Positions 44,828-54,660 of a DNA stretch of 64,000 nucleotides are shown here, in pieces. Position 1 is the first letter of the stretch, and each line of letters starts with the position of its first letter. Made by a program: the position numbers and the translations under genes. The notes beneath the pieces are model-generated. The model was not told the origin of the DNA. It searched no databases and was given only the letters and a program-made list of their open reading frames with translations. The stretch lies in assembly GCA_964624405.1 (NCBI GenBank), contig CAZUXA010000005.1, forward strand, positions 13,376 through 77,375, in the 5' to 3' direction. The DNA comes from an uncultured bacterium. GTDB lineage: Bacteria; Fermentibacterota; Fermentibacteria; Fermentibacterales; JCC-6.

Positions 44828-45562
44828 ATGCTTCTTTTTCCGATTCCGGAAACCCGGCAGGGTGTCTTTCTGAAAAGACTGAACAGGTTTGCCGGGCTGG
44901 TAAGAGTCTGTACGGAAACCACAACGGCTCATGTGCCTGATCCCGGCAGGCTGAAAGAACTGCTTTTTCCGGGAAACAGCATTCTTCTGGCGCCCCGGCT
45001 GAAACCCGGTGGAAAAACATCATGCGTGTTAATCGCTGCCAGGAAGCGGAACAGCTGGATTCTCACAAACACCACTTTTCATTCCAGAATTGCCGAAGCT
45101 TTGATATGGAAGGGCCTGCTCGGGTTCGAACCCCGTTCCGTTGAACGGGAGGTCAGGCTTCCCGGATATCTGTCCCGGTTCGACTTTCTTGTAAATGATG
45201 GAATGATTCTCGAGGTTAAGGGATGCACCCTTGAAACCAGGGAAACAGGCCTTTTTCCAGACGCTCCCACATCCCGGGGAGCAAGGCAGGTTCGGGAAAT
45301 GGCCCGATACATCAGAGATGGCGGGGAGGGAACGATTCTCTTCATTGTAACGGTTCCATGGGCTCAGGCCGTCTGTTCCAATCCCGAAACCGACCCATCC
45401 TTCGCGGGGGCCATAGACGATGCCCTTGAAGCCGGAGGCCGGGTTGTCACCGCCGTTGTCTCGCTGCGGGAAAGCGGAATACACTATGAAGGCATGATAC
45501 CCTTCAAAGGCCGCTTTGATTATCGTAGCAGCATTCATCAAACCCGGGGGGGGCAATGCTGA
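44828..45562 (+). CDS. sfsA: SfsA family protein (sugar fermentation stimulation / nuclease-like)
   Basis: LKRLNRFAGLV N-terminus, RFDFLVNDGMILEVKGCTL, FPDAPTSRGARQVREM closely parallel E. coli SfsA motifs. Confidence 0.75.
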   Translation: MLLFPIPETRQGVFLKRLNRFAGLVRVCTETTTAHVPDPGRLKELLFPGNSILLAPRLKPGGKTSCVLIAARKRNSWILTNTTFHSRIAEALIWKGLLGFEPRSVEREVRLPGYLSRFDFLVNDGMILEVKGCTLETRETGLFPDAPTSRGARQVREMARYIRDGGEGTILFIVTVPWAQAVCSNPETDPSFAGAIDDALEAGGRVVTAVVSLRESGIHYEGMIPFKGRFDYRSSIHQTRGGQC

Positions 45563-45939
45563 AAGGCAGAAACACAGTTCAGAAGCTGGCGATCGTTGAT
45601 GCTCTGAAACAGAAGAAGGATCACCCGTGCGCCGCCCTTATCCATGAGAGGGTAAGGAAAACGATACCCGGAATCAGCCTGGCCACTGTGTACAGAAACC
45701 TTGAGACCATGGCGGAATCGGGGTATCTGGTCAGGATTCTCGGAACCCGGGAATGCCGTTACGATTTGGACACCTCACCGCATCATCATCTGCTGTGCCT
45801 TCAGTGCCGGGAGTTGGTTGACATCCCCCCGGGGAACAGCCGACTTCGGCCAGTACACCCCGAACACCTCAACGGCTGCAGGATCACCAGCGTGCAGCTG
45901 ATGTTCTTCGGTTACTGCAGTGCCTGCAACTCCGTTTGA
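45556..45939 (+). CDS. Fur family transcriptional regulator (Fur/PerR-like, two CxxC pairs)
   Basis: DNA-binding helix ISLATVYRNLETMAESGYLV; HHHLLCLQC and CSAC metal sites. Confidence 0.8.
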   Translation: MLKGRNTVQKLAIVDALKQKKDHPCAALIHERVRKTIPGISLATVYRNLETMAESGYLVRILGTRECRYDLDTSPHHHLLCLQCRELVDIPPGNSRLRPVHPEHLNGCRITSVQLMFFGYCSACNSV

Positions 45940-46472
45940 GCCCACATACTCAGGAAAAGAGGTTTGCGATGGATCCAAGGGCATTTCACAAAATCAGTTA
46001 CGGAATGTATGTGGTTGCCTCCGGCATTGATGACGACTGCAATGCCCAGATCTGCAACACGGTCTTCCAGATAACCTCCGACCCTCCGAGAATGGGAATC
46101 AGCATCAACAAGCAGAACTACACACATGATTTTTTCGTGAAAAGCGGAGTGTTCTCCGTATCGGTAATCACCGAAGAAGCGGACATGGTTTTCATCGGCC
46201 GTTTCGGGTTCCGCTGCGGCAGAGAGTATCCCAAGCTGAAGGGAGTTCCGGTTCGCAAAGGCATCACCGGCGCTCCTATTCTGATGGAGCACACCTGCGC
46301 CTTTCTGGAGGGAAAGATTACCGGATCTCTTGACTGCGGAACCCATACGCTCTTCCTCGGTGAAGTGCTGGACGCCGGACTGACAGGTGAGCAGCCACCC
46401 ATGACATACGCCTACTACCATCTGGTGAAGAACGGCAAATCACCGAAAACAGCCCCCACATACATAGGTTGA
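45936..46472 (+). CDS. flavin reductase-like (FMN-binding split-barrel) domain protein
   Basis: ISYGMYVVASG...VFQITSDPPRMGISINKQNYTHDF pattern of the flavin-reductase-like domain. Confidence 0.6.
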   Translation: MSPHTQEKRFAMDPRAFHKISYGMYVVASGIDDDCNAQICNTVFQITSDPPRMGISINKQNYTHDFFVKSGVFSVSVITEEADMVFIGRFGFRCGREYPKLKGVPVRKGITGAPILMEHTCAFLEGKITGSLDCGTHTLFLGEVLDAGLTGEQPPMTYAYYHLVKNGKSPKTAPTYIG

Positions 46473-47212
46473 TTTCCGAATTGGAAGGAATCAGCCTTTT
46501 CCTCCCCACCTACAACGAGGAGGAGAATGTGGCCTACATGGTGAACACCGCCTGCGGAGTTCTGGAAGAAATCGCCGGTGACAACTGGGAAGTTCTGGTG
46601 GTGAATGACGGCTCCACGGATAGAACCCGAGAGATCACCCTTGAACTCGCAGCCGCTGAACCAAGGGTGCGGCTTGTTGATCATCCGGCAAACCTGGGTT
46701 TCGGCAGAGCGGTACGAACCGGCATAGAGAATTCCATCCACGATTGGGTTTTCTACACCGACTGCGACGGCCAGTTCGATCTGGGAGAGTTGAACATCCT
46801 CTGGGCACACAGAAATGAAGCGGATGTCGTTTCCGGATTTCGCCGCCGCAGACGGGATCCGGGAATGAGGCTGGTATACTCCCTGGGCTGGAATCTGATC
46901 ACCTGCATGCTGTTCATGAGGGGCTTCAAGGATGTGGATGCCTCATTCAAGCTCTACAGGAGAAGCATCTTCGAGAAGGTCGTACCGGAATCCACCAGCG
47001 GGGTTGTGGATTTCGAGATTATGACCCTTGCCAGGGGAAAAGGGTTCCGGATTCTGCAGATTCCGGTTTCCCACTACCCCAGAAGGGCCGGCACCGTAAG
47101 CTTCGAAACATCCCGCAGGGGATTCTTCGCGTTTGTCAGGTTCGGTGCCATATGGGAGCTTTGGGTTCAATTGCTCGCGTTTAAACTCAGGACATGGCGT
47201 GGCCGGGTATGA
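46469..47212 (+). CDS. glycosyltransferase family 2 (polyprenyl-phosphate sugar transferase-like)
   Basis: LFLPTYNEEENV...VVNDGSTDRT...DCDGQ DxD context typical of GT2. Confidence 0.8.
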   Translation: MISELEGISLFLPTYNEEENVAYMVNTACGVLEEIAGDNWEVLVVNDGSTDRTREITLELAAAEPRVRLVDHPANLGFGRAVRTGIENSIHDWVFYTDCDGQFDLGELNILWAHRNEADVVSGFRRRRRDPGMRLVYSLGWNLITCMLFMRGFKDVDASFKLYRRSIFEKVVPESTSGVVDFEIMTLARGKGFRILQIPVSHYPRRAGTVSFETSRRGFFAFVRFGAIWELWVQLLAFKLRTWRGRV

Positions 47213-48363
47213 AACGGCGCGCCCTTCTCGTGAGCCCCCTTCCGCCCCTTGAGACGGGCCTGGCAACCTATGCCGCGAGAATGGTGCGAATAACCGGAAA
47301 CAGCATTGACTGGACAGCAGCCTACACCGAAGGAAGCGAACCCCTTCATGAATGCCGCTGTCTTCCCCTGCGGGAACTGCGCGAGACCAGCCTTCCCGAG
47401 GGAAGGCTTTTTCAACTCGGCAACTCACCCCACTGCTCGGAAGTGGTTTCCGCTCTGAAACGATGGGGTGGGGGGGGCATACTGCACGAGGTGAACTTCC
47501 ATCACCTTCTCCGGCACATGGCGGACACTTCCGGCGGGTGGGAGGAGTATCGGAAACACATTGTCTTCGAATACGGTCCCAAGGCGGAGAAGGTTCTTCG
47601 CGTAATGAACAGGAAGGCGAAGAGCAAGGCGGAATACGACCTTAGGCTGCGGAGATATCCCCTCTTTAAAAGGATACTTGGATGGTGCACATCCCTTGTC
47701 TGTCTGAACGGTTGCGCGGGTGAAGAGATTTCCACCGCCACGGGAGGAAGGGCCGTCATCGTTATTGGCCACCCTCTCGAATCACTTCCGGAGCCTCTTC
47801 CCCGCCCTGTCGCCCCGAAACCCTCGGACACCATTGTGCTGGGAATGGCCGGCGGGTTCGGTTACGGAAGGGGGTGGGACCACGCCCTGAAAGTGGTGGC
47901 TGAGCTTAGAAGAAAAAGAGATTGTGTTCTGGTTGCGGCTGGGGCCGGATGGCCCGATCCCGGCCTGAAATGGGTAAAGATCACCGGCCGTCTTCCAGAA
48001 CCTGAGTACCAGCGGATCATTCGTACTTTCCACATCGCCCTTGACCTCCGAACCGGCTCGTGTGGAGAAACATCCGGCAGTCTGCTTGAAATCCTCAGGG
48101 CAGGAGTCCCTGCCATAATCACCGACTCCGGAGCATTCCGTCGGATTCCCTCCGGGGCTGTGGTCAGGGTTCCTTCCGGCGGTCTGCCGGATTCCGCCGC
48201 CGCAGCCGCTTCTTATCTAATCGATAACCCGGAAGTCATGACGGCTGTCGCCACTGAAGCCGGGGCATTCGCGGAAACCCAGGGAAACCATGAAGCTTAC
48301 GAAAAGCAGATTCACTCGATTCTGGACGCTTTGGAAAGGAAGCCTTCGTGTCCCGTTCCCTGA
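47194..48363 (+). CDS. GT-B fold glycosyltransferase (GT4-like)
   Basis: C-terminal ETSGSLLEILRAGVPAIITD resembles the GT4 E-x7-E sugar-donor region. Confidence 0.5.
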   Translation: MAWPGMKRRALLVSPLPPLETGLATYAARMVRITGNSIDWTAAYTEGSEPLHECRCLPLRELRETSLPEGRLFQLGNSPHCSEVVSALKRWGGGGILHEVNFHHLLRHMADTSGGWEEYRKHIVFEYGPKAEKVLRVMNRKAKSKAEYDLRLRRYPLFKRILGWCTSLVCLNGCAGEEISTATGGRAVIVIGHPLESLPEPLPRPVAPKPSDTIVLGMAGGFGYGRGWDHALKVVAELRRKRDCVLVAAGAGWPDPGLKWVKITGRLPEPEYQRIIRTFHIALDLRTGSCGETSGSLLEILRAGVPAIITDSGAFRRIPSGAVVRVPSGGLPDSAAAAASYLIDNPEVMTAVATEAGAFAETQGNHEAYEKQIHSILDALERKPSCPVP

Positions 48364-49937
48364 GCTTCGGAGTTGTTGCAACGGTAACATCGCTGGCGGT
48401 ACTGGCCCCCTGGCCCCGGGTTCTTTCCGGGACCGAGCCGGTGGGCCTCTACGCTGATGCAAGGGATGTGGTTGCGCGACAGGATTCCGATGTCTACGAC
48501 GGGGTGTGGCACTTCTGGTGGACGGCTCGCGCGGTCTCCGAGAAAGTCGATCCAATGTTCTGCCCCCTGATATTCCACCCTTCCGGGGCATCCCTTTCCC
48601 TGCATAACATCGGGTGGACTTCCACTCTTCTACATGCGGTTTCGGGTTTTCCTTCGAATCCCGTCCGCGCCCTCAATATCTCCCTTTTTCTCGGAACCCT
48701 GATGACCTTTGCCGCAGCCGCGCTGCTTGCCAGGCAATGGGGGGCGGGCGGGGAGGGGGCAATGCTTTCCGGTATGATTATGGCCCTGACACCGTCAAGA
48801 ATCGCGCATCTGTACCAGCATTACAACATCGCCCAGACCGGGTGGGTCCTGCTTGCCCTGTTCTTCATCACCAGGTACCTGAGAAAGGGCAGGGGAGGAG
48901 CGATGATAGCCGTCTTCACAGCCCTGGCTACCCTTGAGAGTCTCTACCATTCCCTGCTGGTTGCGCTGGGGTTCATTGCTGTTCTTGTTCTTCTTCGAAC
49001 AGAAATCAGCGGGAAAAGGATGCTGAAAGCGGGGATTCTGATGGCCTGCGCCATGATTGCCGCCGGCTGCTGGTTCATTCCCAGGCACGGAGCAACACCC
49101 ACTGATAATTACACATGGAGGGAGGCGGTGCACTGGAGCGCCGAACCGGTGTCCTACCTTCTTCCGTCATCCTTTGGACTGGGCGCAGCGGCGTTCGGCT
49201 TTCCCCTCAAGTATCCGTGGATGCCCAACACCTTCGAGGGGCAGGTATCTTCCGGCATCACGGTGTTGCTGGTGTTTTCGGCATTTTGCGTAAAGAGGCG
49301 AAAACTCTCCCTGGCAGTGGTTTCCCTGGGAATCCTTCTGCTCAGTTTCGGGCCCCTGTTGAAATGGAACGGATCACCCACACCGCTGCCGCTTCCCTGG
49401 ATGCTTCCGGCAAGAGTTCCTCTGCTCGCCCAGGCCCGGGTTCCCGCCAGGCTTGCATTGCTTTTCGGCGGATTGACCGCGGTAACCGCGGGAGTGGTTT
49501 TTCACCACCTCAAGGGGGCGGTCCGATGGGTGTTGCTGGCCCTGATTGCTTTCGAGCTGACCATTCCAAGGCTTTCCACGGTCTCCGCCTCGTTCCCCGG
49601 GGGGATTCTTCACGCCCGGGGTCCGGTTCTGGACATTCCCGCGGGAAGCATGACAAGGATCACCGCCTTCTATCAGACGCATCACCGGCACCCAAGGCTA
49701 ACCGCCTTTCTTGCGCGGGGGGGGGAGGAAGCCCTTTCGAGCGCGGGCCTGTCGAACCTTCTAATGGGCGATTCCTCCATGGTAACCGATGGTACCCTCA
49801 GGGAAACCGCCGCGGAAACGGTGCTCTACCACAGAATGCTGCTTTCCCGGCGGGAAAGGCTCTTCTACGACTCCCTCTATGCCCCGGCTTTTCCGGAAGC
49901 TTCACCGGAAGAAAGTGTATGGGTATGGCACCGCTGA
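48348..49937 (+). CDS. polytopic membrane protein, possible membrane glycosyltransferase (GT39/83/YfhO-like)
   Basis: More than 10 predicted TM helices; sits within a glycosyltransferase cluster. Confidence 0.5.
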   Translation: MSRSLSFGVVATVTSLAVLAPWPRVLSGTEPVGLYADARDVVARQDSDVYDGVWHFWWTARAVSEKVDPMFCPLIFHPSGASLSLHNIGWTSTLLHAVSGFPSNPVRALNISLFLGTLMTFAAAALLARQWGAGGEGAMLSGMIMALTPSRIAHLYQHYNIAQTGWVLLALFFITRYLRKGRGGAMIAVFTALATLESLYHSLLVALGFIAVLVLLRTEISGKRMLKAGILMACAMIAAGCWFIPRHGATPTDNYTWREAVHWSAEPVSYLLPSSFGLGAAAFGFPLKYPWMPNTFEGQVSSGITVLLVFSAFCVKRRKLSLAVVSLGILLLSFGPLLKWNGSPTPLPLPWMLPARVPLLAQARVPARLALLFGGLTAVTAGVVFHHLKGAVRWVLLALIAFELTIPRLSTVSASFPGGILHARGPVLDIPAGSMTRITAFYQTHHRHPRLTAFLARGGEEALSSAGLSNLLMGDSSMVTDGTLRETAAETVLYHRMLLSRRERLFYDSLYAPAFPEASPEESVWVWHR

Positions 49938-51115
49938 ACCCCGATTCGAATGTTACGGCGATCATCGTTCTCCACAACAATTCGGGGCTTGTCGCCGATC
50001 TGGCCCAGACCCTCTCCCATCTTCCGGTCAGGGTTGTGATCTACGACAGCGGATCAACAGACGGCTCGCTGGAAGCCGCCCTCGAACTGATTCCCGGGGC
50101 CCGGTTCATAACCGGTGAAAACCTGGGGTTCGGACATGGAAACAACGCAGCGGCGCGTCTGGTGGACACCGAGTACACTCTTCTATTGAACAGCGATGCG
50201 CGAATCGATTCCGGATCGCTTGCGATGCTTGTGGCACACCTCGAGGAAAACTCCTCGACTGCCGCGGCGCAACCCTTGATCAGGGCCTGGAAATGGCCTC
50301 TGGTTACAGCGGGAAGCGGTGTGTTCGTAACTCCGTTCGGAGAGGCCTGGGACGCGAAGTTCATGCACCTTGAGCGGGAACCGGGAAGCGATGTGCTTCG
50401 CCCGCCCGCGGTATCCGCTGCGGTCTCTTTGTGGAGAACCTCTGTTTTCCACGATGTCGGGGGGTTCGATCCCGGCTACTTCATGTATTTTGAGGATGCG
50501 GATCTGTGTCTCAGGGCATCGGTGGAGGGGTGGACTTTTTCTGTTCTGAGGGAAGCCCGGGCGCTTCACAGAGTGGGGGCTTCCAGCAGGCGCCCCATGG
50601 CGGCCCGCTGGGAAGTGGCATCCTCGGTCAGGTTGGCGAAAAGGTTCCTTGGCGGAGGAAGGCTTCCGAAAGGTTTTCTTGCCAGACAGGCACGGATTCA
50701 GCTGCGTCTTGTGCTGTCGGGAAAGCCCTGGGCAGGAAGGTTCATGGCCCTTGTCCAAGCCCTGAACAGCCCTGTGAACCCGATAGCGCTGCCGGCCCGG
50801 GTCAGGCCCGTTCTTCACGGCAGCCCCGGGGACTATCCTCTTCCCAGGCCCGGCCCCGAAGGCCCGGGGGTCCGGGGGAGATTTCTGGCTCCATATGGTG
50901 TGTTTCCCGCCGGCGGAGGAAGCATTCGCATCAGTTCTCCCTTCGATGATGTATCCGCAGGTATTTGCGGCGCGGATGGTATGTTACGGGAGAGTTTCAC
51001 CATTCCCCGCGGAACCGGAAGGTTGGTTGAGCTTTCCGGAGACGGGGGATTGCTGTACATTTTCTGTAACGATCCCCGGGCGAGACTGGAGGTGACCGGT
51101 GGGGAAGTCTTCTGA
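49919..51115 (+). CDS. glycosyltransferase family 2
   Basis: ATG 49919; IIVLHNNSGL...VIYDSGSTDGS...LLLNSDARI GT2 N-terminal motifs. The R/G-rich upstream part of the 49115 track ORF is judged spurious. Confidence 0.7.
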   Translation: MGMAPLNPDSNVTAIIVLHNNSGLVADLAQTLSHLPVRVVIYDSGSTDGSLEAALELIPGARFITGENLGFGHGNNAAARLVDTEYTLLLNSDARIDSGSLAMLVAHLEENSSTAAAQPLIRAWKWPLVTAGSGVFVTPFGEAWDAKFMHLEREPGSDVLRPPAVSAAVSLWRTSVFHDVGGFDPGYFMYFEDADLCLRASVEGWTFSVLREARALHRVGASSRRPMAARWEVASSVRLAKRFLGGGRLPKGFLARQARIQLRLVLSGKPWAGRFMALVQALNSPVNPIALPARVRPVLHGSPGDYPLPRPGPEGPGVRGRFLAPYGVFPAGGGSIRISSPFDDVSAGICGADGMLRESFTIPRGTGRLVELSGDGGLLYIFCNDPRARLEVTGGEVF

Positions 51116-51875
51116 ACGGGGAGAGCTGGCCTTCACCCTGGCGGGAGTATCGGTCTGGCTCGTGCTGGTTCTTTTCAGAGGATTCTCACTGGAGTGGACC
51201 GCCCTTCCCCTGGCGGCGGCGGCGGTGGCATCCCTTACGGGAACGCCGCTGTTCTTACCGGGTTTTGTCATCCTCCTGGCATCGGTGTTTTCTCTCTCCG
51301 GCCCTGGGGCGGCGGCGGCGGCGGGAATCTACACGGTACTTGTTTCTCCCGGGCTGAAGGGAAGGCTTCTTGGAGTTCTCTCCGTCATCCCCTGGTTATC
51401 GGGGCATTATTCCCCTGAAGCGGCAACACTTGTTGCGGCCCTTATGATTCCGGTGTTTTTGGGATCATTCAGAATCAGAGCCGTTGTTTCGACGGCACTT
51501 TTCATCGCGGTTCTATTGTTCCTGGGTCCTCCCGGACCCGTCGCCTCACATCCCGTTCCCGCACGGTGCTTTCTTCGGGAAGGACATGCCTGGTGGACAG
51601 TTGAGTCCATCACCCTCGCCAACCCCGAAGCCATACTGGCACCACCAGTTCCGGCTCCTTTCAGCATCACCCTTGAAATGGATTGCGGCGGCATCCGGGA
51701 TTCGCTTCCCATGGCGCTTCTCATCGCGGGAGAGAACACGGTCGAGCTGCCGGAGGGCACCCATACGGTGAGTTTGGAGCTCACGGGATCCGACTCCATT
51801 TTCGTTACCCTGATCAGGGGCCATTCTCCATTCAATCACCCGGTTATTCACATTAAGGCTGTTGCCGAATGGTAA
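51099..51875 (+). CDS. hypothetical membrane protein
   Basis: Several hydrophobic helices and Ala/Gly-rich segments (GGC repeats in the DNA). Confidence 0.4.
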   Translation: MGKSSERGELAFTLAGVSVWLVLVLFRGFSLEWTALPLAAAAVASLTGTPLFLPGFVILLASVFSLSGPGAAAAAGIYTVLVSPGLKGRLLGVLSVIPWLSGHYSPEAATLVAALMIPVFLGSFRIRAVVSTALFIAVLLFLGPPGPVASHPVPARCFLREGHAWWTVESITLANPEAILAPPVPAPFSITLEMDCGGIRDSLPMALLIAGENTVELPEGTHTVSLELTGSDSIFVTLIRGHSPFNHPVIHIKAVAEW

Positions 51876-53845
51876 AGAGGGAAGACTTGCTCGCTCCGGT
51901 TCTGTGTGCCATGGCGGGGGTCTGGGTCTTTCTCGCATGGCGGCTGGCCGGGATGCCTGATCCGGGAGGAATGGGGCGCATGCTGCCTCTGACCTGGTTT
52001 CTTTGCGGGCTGATGTGCTTTCACTGCAGAGATACGAAGTTCGTTCCCGTTTCAATGGTGGTGTTCACGGTGTTCTGCATTCTATGGAGGGTTCTTCCAT
52101 TGGGTCATCACGCCGCCGCCGCCGCGTCCGTCGCCGGTGTAATCGCCATGGGTCTCCGGGTGTCGGGACAACGGTTCGGAGTTCTTAGGGGTATTCTTCC
52201 AGTTTTCTTTCTTGCGGTGATCGTTCTGCCCTTCACATCGGATGAGGTCCGTTTCGCCGAGATTGCCGGAGACATAACGGGAGTAAGAGGGTACACATTC
52301 ATAACCCGCCCCGGCGATCCCAGCCCCGGGGACAGCCACCATACGCCGGTCTTTCCCCTCATGATATCCCCGGGGCTTCCCTTCGGAACTGCGGGTATCC
52401 GGGTCATGGGTTTTCTTCCGGTGCTGGCCTGCGCCCTGCTTATGCTGAAGCTTCTGCGGCGGCACTCCATGCCATCCCCGGAGTTCATCGCGGTGGCCGC
52501 GGTGTTCATGATGCCGGGATTCACCCTTCTTGGGCCTGCTTTAACGGGCTGGACCGCAGCGGCTGTAATCTGCGGATACGCCGTTCTGCCCCGGGGAAGA
52601 ACCGGGCTGGCGGTGACCATTCTGCTCTCGGTGTTTCTTGTGGCCCTGAAAATGAGGTTTGTCGGGGCCGCGGCGGGAATGATCGCAGTTGCATACCTTG
52701 AAAACACCGGAAAGGCAAAGGGAAGGTTTCTTGTTCCCCTGGGCGTCGCAGCGTTTCTCTTTCTGGCAATTGCCGGGGACAGGTTGCTCCTCGGCGGCAG
52801 GTTGATCTGGTTGCGCTACGGAACCCCGGAAACAGTTCTCCTGTTGGTGATGAACACCATCCACAATCCCAGGGTGATGCTGTTCTCCGCGGTGAACATG
52901 CTTTTTGACGCGGAGTCCGGCCTTCTTCCCAAAGCGCCATGGGTTATCGCGGCCCTGGCCGCTCTTCCGGTGCTTTACCGGAAGCACAGGGATGTTTTCT
53001 TTCGTCTTGCGGTTCCCGGGGTGCTTTACACAATCGTTCACCTGGTCTGGACCGGTGAGGCATGGCATGGGTTGCCCGCCCCGTCAACACGGGTTTTCAT
53101 GCCCTTGCTGCCCCTCTTTGCCGTCTCGCTTTCGGCTGTTCTGGCAAGAAAGACCAGCAGACTCCTGATTGGGGTATCACTTGCGGTTTCTGCCCTTATA
53201 CTGGTGGTTCCCGAATCGAGATTCAACATGGCATCAGGCAGCGACAATCTCATGAACCTGTTTCAGGCTCGGGGAATGATGGTTTCCATGCTGCGCCCCT
53301 CTGGCATGGCGGCGGCATTCTGGCTTTTCTTCGGTATGACAGGGGTTTTTATGGCATCAAGGGACAGCATGACGGGAATGAAAGTGCTGTTCCTTTCAGG
53401 AGCCCTGGCAATGGCGCTGCCGGGAAACCGGGGAAGAACAGAGGCGGAGAATGCGGAACCACCATTGGTTCACGGAGCACTGCTTTACCCGGAAAACCCC
53501 GACCCCGCCCTGCGTTCCTTGTGGTTGTTCTCAAAACAGAGGCTTCTAATGCTCGACCATCCGGATCAGCACCTTTTCATTCAACGGGGAAGAAGGCTTT
53601 TCATAAGGGCGTCCGGCGGCCCGGGAGCTTTGCTGGTCATCGACGGAGACACAATCGATGTGCACTCACCCCTGCTTCCGATTCCAGAGATTCTCGCGCA
53701 GATGGGACGACACGGCATCGCCCCGGACAGACCGGAAAACCGGGCAATGAGGGAGTACTCCCTGGATATCCGGGAATCGGCATACCTGAGAGTTCCCATG
53801 GGCGGGGCTCCGGTATTCATCGACTGGCTTGAGGTTCTGGAATGA
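51869..53845 (+). CDS. large polytopic membrane protein of unknown function (possible polysaccharide polymerase/glycosyltransferase)
   Basis: 658 aa, at least 12 hydrophobic segments; located in the glycan cluster. Confidence 0.5.
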   Translation: MVKREDLLAPVLCAMAGVWVFLAWRLAGMPDPGGMGRMLPLTWFLCGLMCFHCRDTKFVPVSMVVFTVFCILWRVLPLGHHAAAAASVAGVIAMGLRVSGQRFGVLRGILPVFFLAVIVLPFTSDEVRFAEIAGDITGVRGYTFITRPGDPSPGDSHHTPVFPLMISPGLPFGTAGIRVMGFLPVLACALLMLKLLRRHSMPSPEFIAVAAVFMMPGFTLLGPALTGWTAAAVICGYAVLPRGRTGLAVTILLSVFLVALKMRFVGAAAGMIAVAYLENTGKAKGRFLVPLGVAAFLFLAIAGDRLLLGGRLIWLRYGTPETVLLLVMNTIHNPRVMLFSAVNMLFDAESGLLPKAPWVIAALAALPVLYRKHRDVFFRLAVPGVLYTIVHLVWTGEAWHGLPAPSTRVFMPLLPLFAVSLSAVLARKTSRLLIGVSLAVSALILVVPESRFNMASGSDNLMNLFQARGMMVSMLRPSGMAAAFWLFFGMTGVFMASRDSMTGMKVLFLSGALAMALPGNRGRTEAENAEPPLVHGALLYPENPDPALRSLWLFSKQRLLMLDHPDQHLFIQRGRRLFIRASGGPGALLVIDGDTIDVHSPLLPIPEILAQMGRHGIAPDRPENRAMREYSLDIRESAYLRVPMGGAPVFIDWLEVLE

Positions 53846-54660
53846 CCCCGTCGCTCGCGGCGGTGATTCCGTCCAGGAACGGTCTGAAGCTTCTTCAGAG
53901 GCTGTTGCCGGTGCTGCTTGAGGAAGGGCTCGGAGAAATCGTGGTGGTGGATGACAATTCTGAAGACGACACCGTGGAGTTCGTCCGAAGAAGCTATCCC
54001 GGAGTCAGGCTGATCAGCAGATCGGGCCCCCCGGGGTTCTGCCATGCGGTTAACCTGGGCATGGCGGAGGCCTCATCCGAAATGCTTCTGCTCCTGAACA
54101 ACGATGTGATGCCTGAAGGCGGCTGCCTGTCCGGAATGGCGTCAATGCTGGACGGCTCACAGAAACGGGTCGCCGTGGTGGTACCCAGAATCACAAGACC
54201 TGACGGAACCGACGACGGCTCTTATCAGTGGGGTTTTCGCAGGGGTCTGGCATTCACCGCCCCCGGCGCCGGACATTCCTACCCCTCCGGGGCGTGCGCA
54301 CTGTGGAGAAAAAGCGCGTGGATCAGCCTGAAAGGGCTGAGTTCCCGTTACGCCCCGATATACTGGGAAGACGCGGACCTGGGAGCAAGGCTCGCCGGGT
54401 CCGGCATGAGCATGAGCAGATTCTCCGGTCCGGGAGTGTTCCACGATCACGGGGCAACCATGGGGGTCAGCCTTGAAAGCCAGGTTCTCAGGGAAAGGAA
54501 CCGTTTCATATTCATGGATTCCTGGTGCTCAACCCCGGCCATGCGCTTTTCCACCCTGGCATGGCTTCCTGTTCACATGCTGACATCGGCATTGAAAGGA
54601 AACCCGGCGTTCGTCATGGGATATCGCAGCTACCGGAAGTGGAAGCATGGCAGCCGGTAA
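53842..54660 (+). CDS. glycosyltransferase family 2
   Basis: AAVIPSRNGL...VVVDDNSEDDT and DAD/ED motifs. Confidence 0.75.
   Translation: MTPSLAAVIPSRNGLKLLQRLLPVLLEEGLGEIVVVDDNSEDDTVEFVRRSYPGVRLISRSGPPGFCHAVNLGMAEASSEMLLLLNNDVMPEGGCLSGMASMLDGSQKRVAVVVPRITRPDGTDDGSYQWGFRRGLAFTAPGAGHSYPSGACALWRKSAWISLKGLSSRYAPIYWEDADLGARLAGSGMSMSRFSGPGVFHDHGATMGVSLESQVLRERNRFIFMDSWCSTPAMRFSTLAWLPVHMLTSALKGNPAFVMGYRSYRKWKHGSR

Noticed and set aside
44509-44940. 143-aa ORF with an excellent Shine-Dalgarno (GGAGG, 8 nt spacing) overlapping the first 113 nt of sfsA
   Set aside because: No recognisable domain, and it overlaps a well-aligned SfsA N-terminus in another frame. It is left unresolved rather than called; ribosome profiling or proteomics could settle it.
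47466-47480. Poly-G tracts of 8 or more (47466-47480, 49720-49730, 45546-45553, 58901-58908), some inside glycosyltransferase genes and suggestive of phase variation
   Set aside because: At about 60% GC, roughly 8 such homopolymer runs are expected by chance in 64 kb (two strands). The observed number is not above expectation, so no phase-variation claim is made.
49115-49918. N-terminal 268 codons of the 666-aa track ORF 49115..51115
   Set aside because: This part overlaps the 48348..49937 membrane protein out of frame and translates to an Arg/Gly-rich sequence. GT2 homology begins only at the internal ATG 49919, which is taken as the real start.
51216-51325. GGC/GCC trinucleotide repeats (poly-Ala/Gly segments) in 51099..51875 and again near 52108
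   Set aside because: Short (5-6 units) and in frame within a membrane protein. They are common in GC-rich genomes and not a CRISPR or a mobile repeat.
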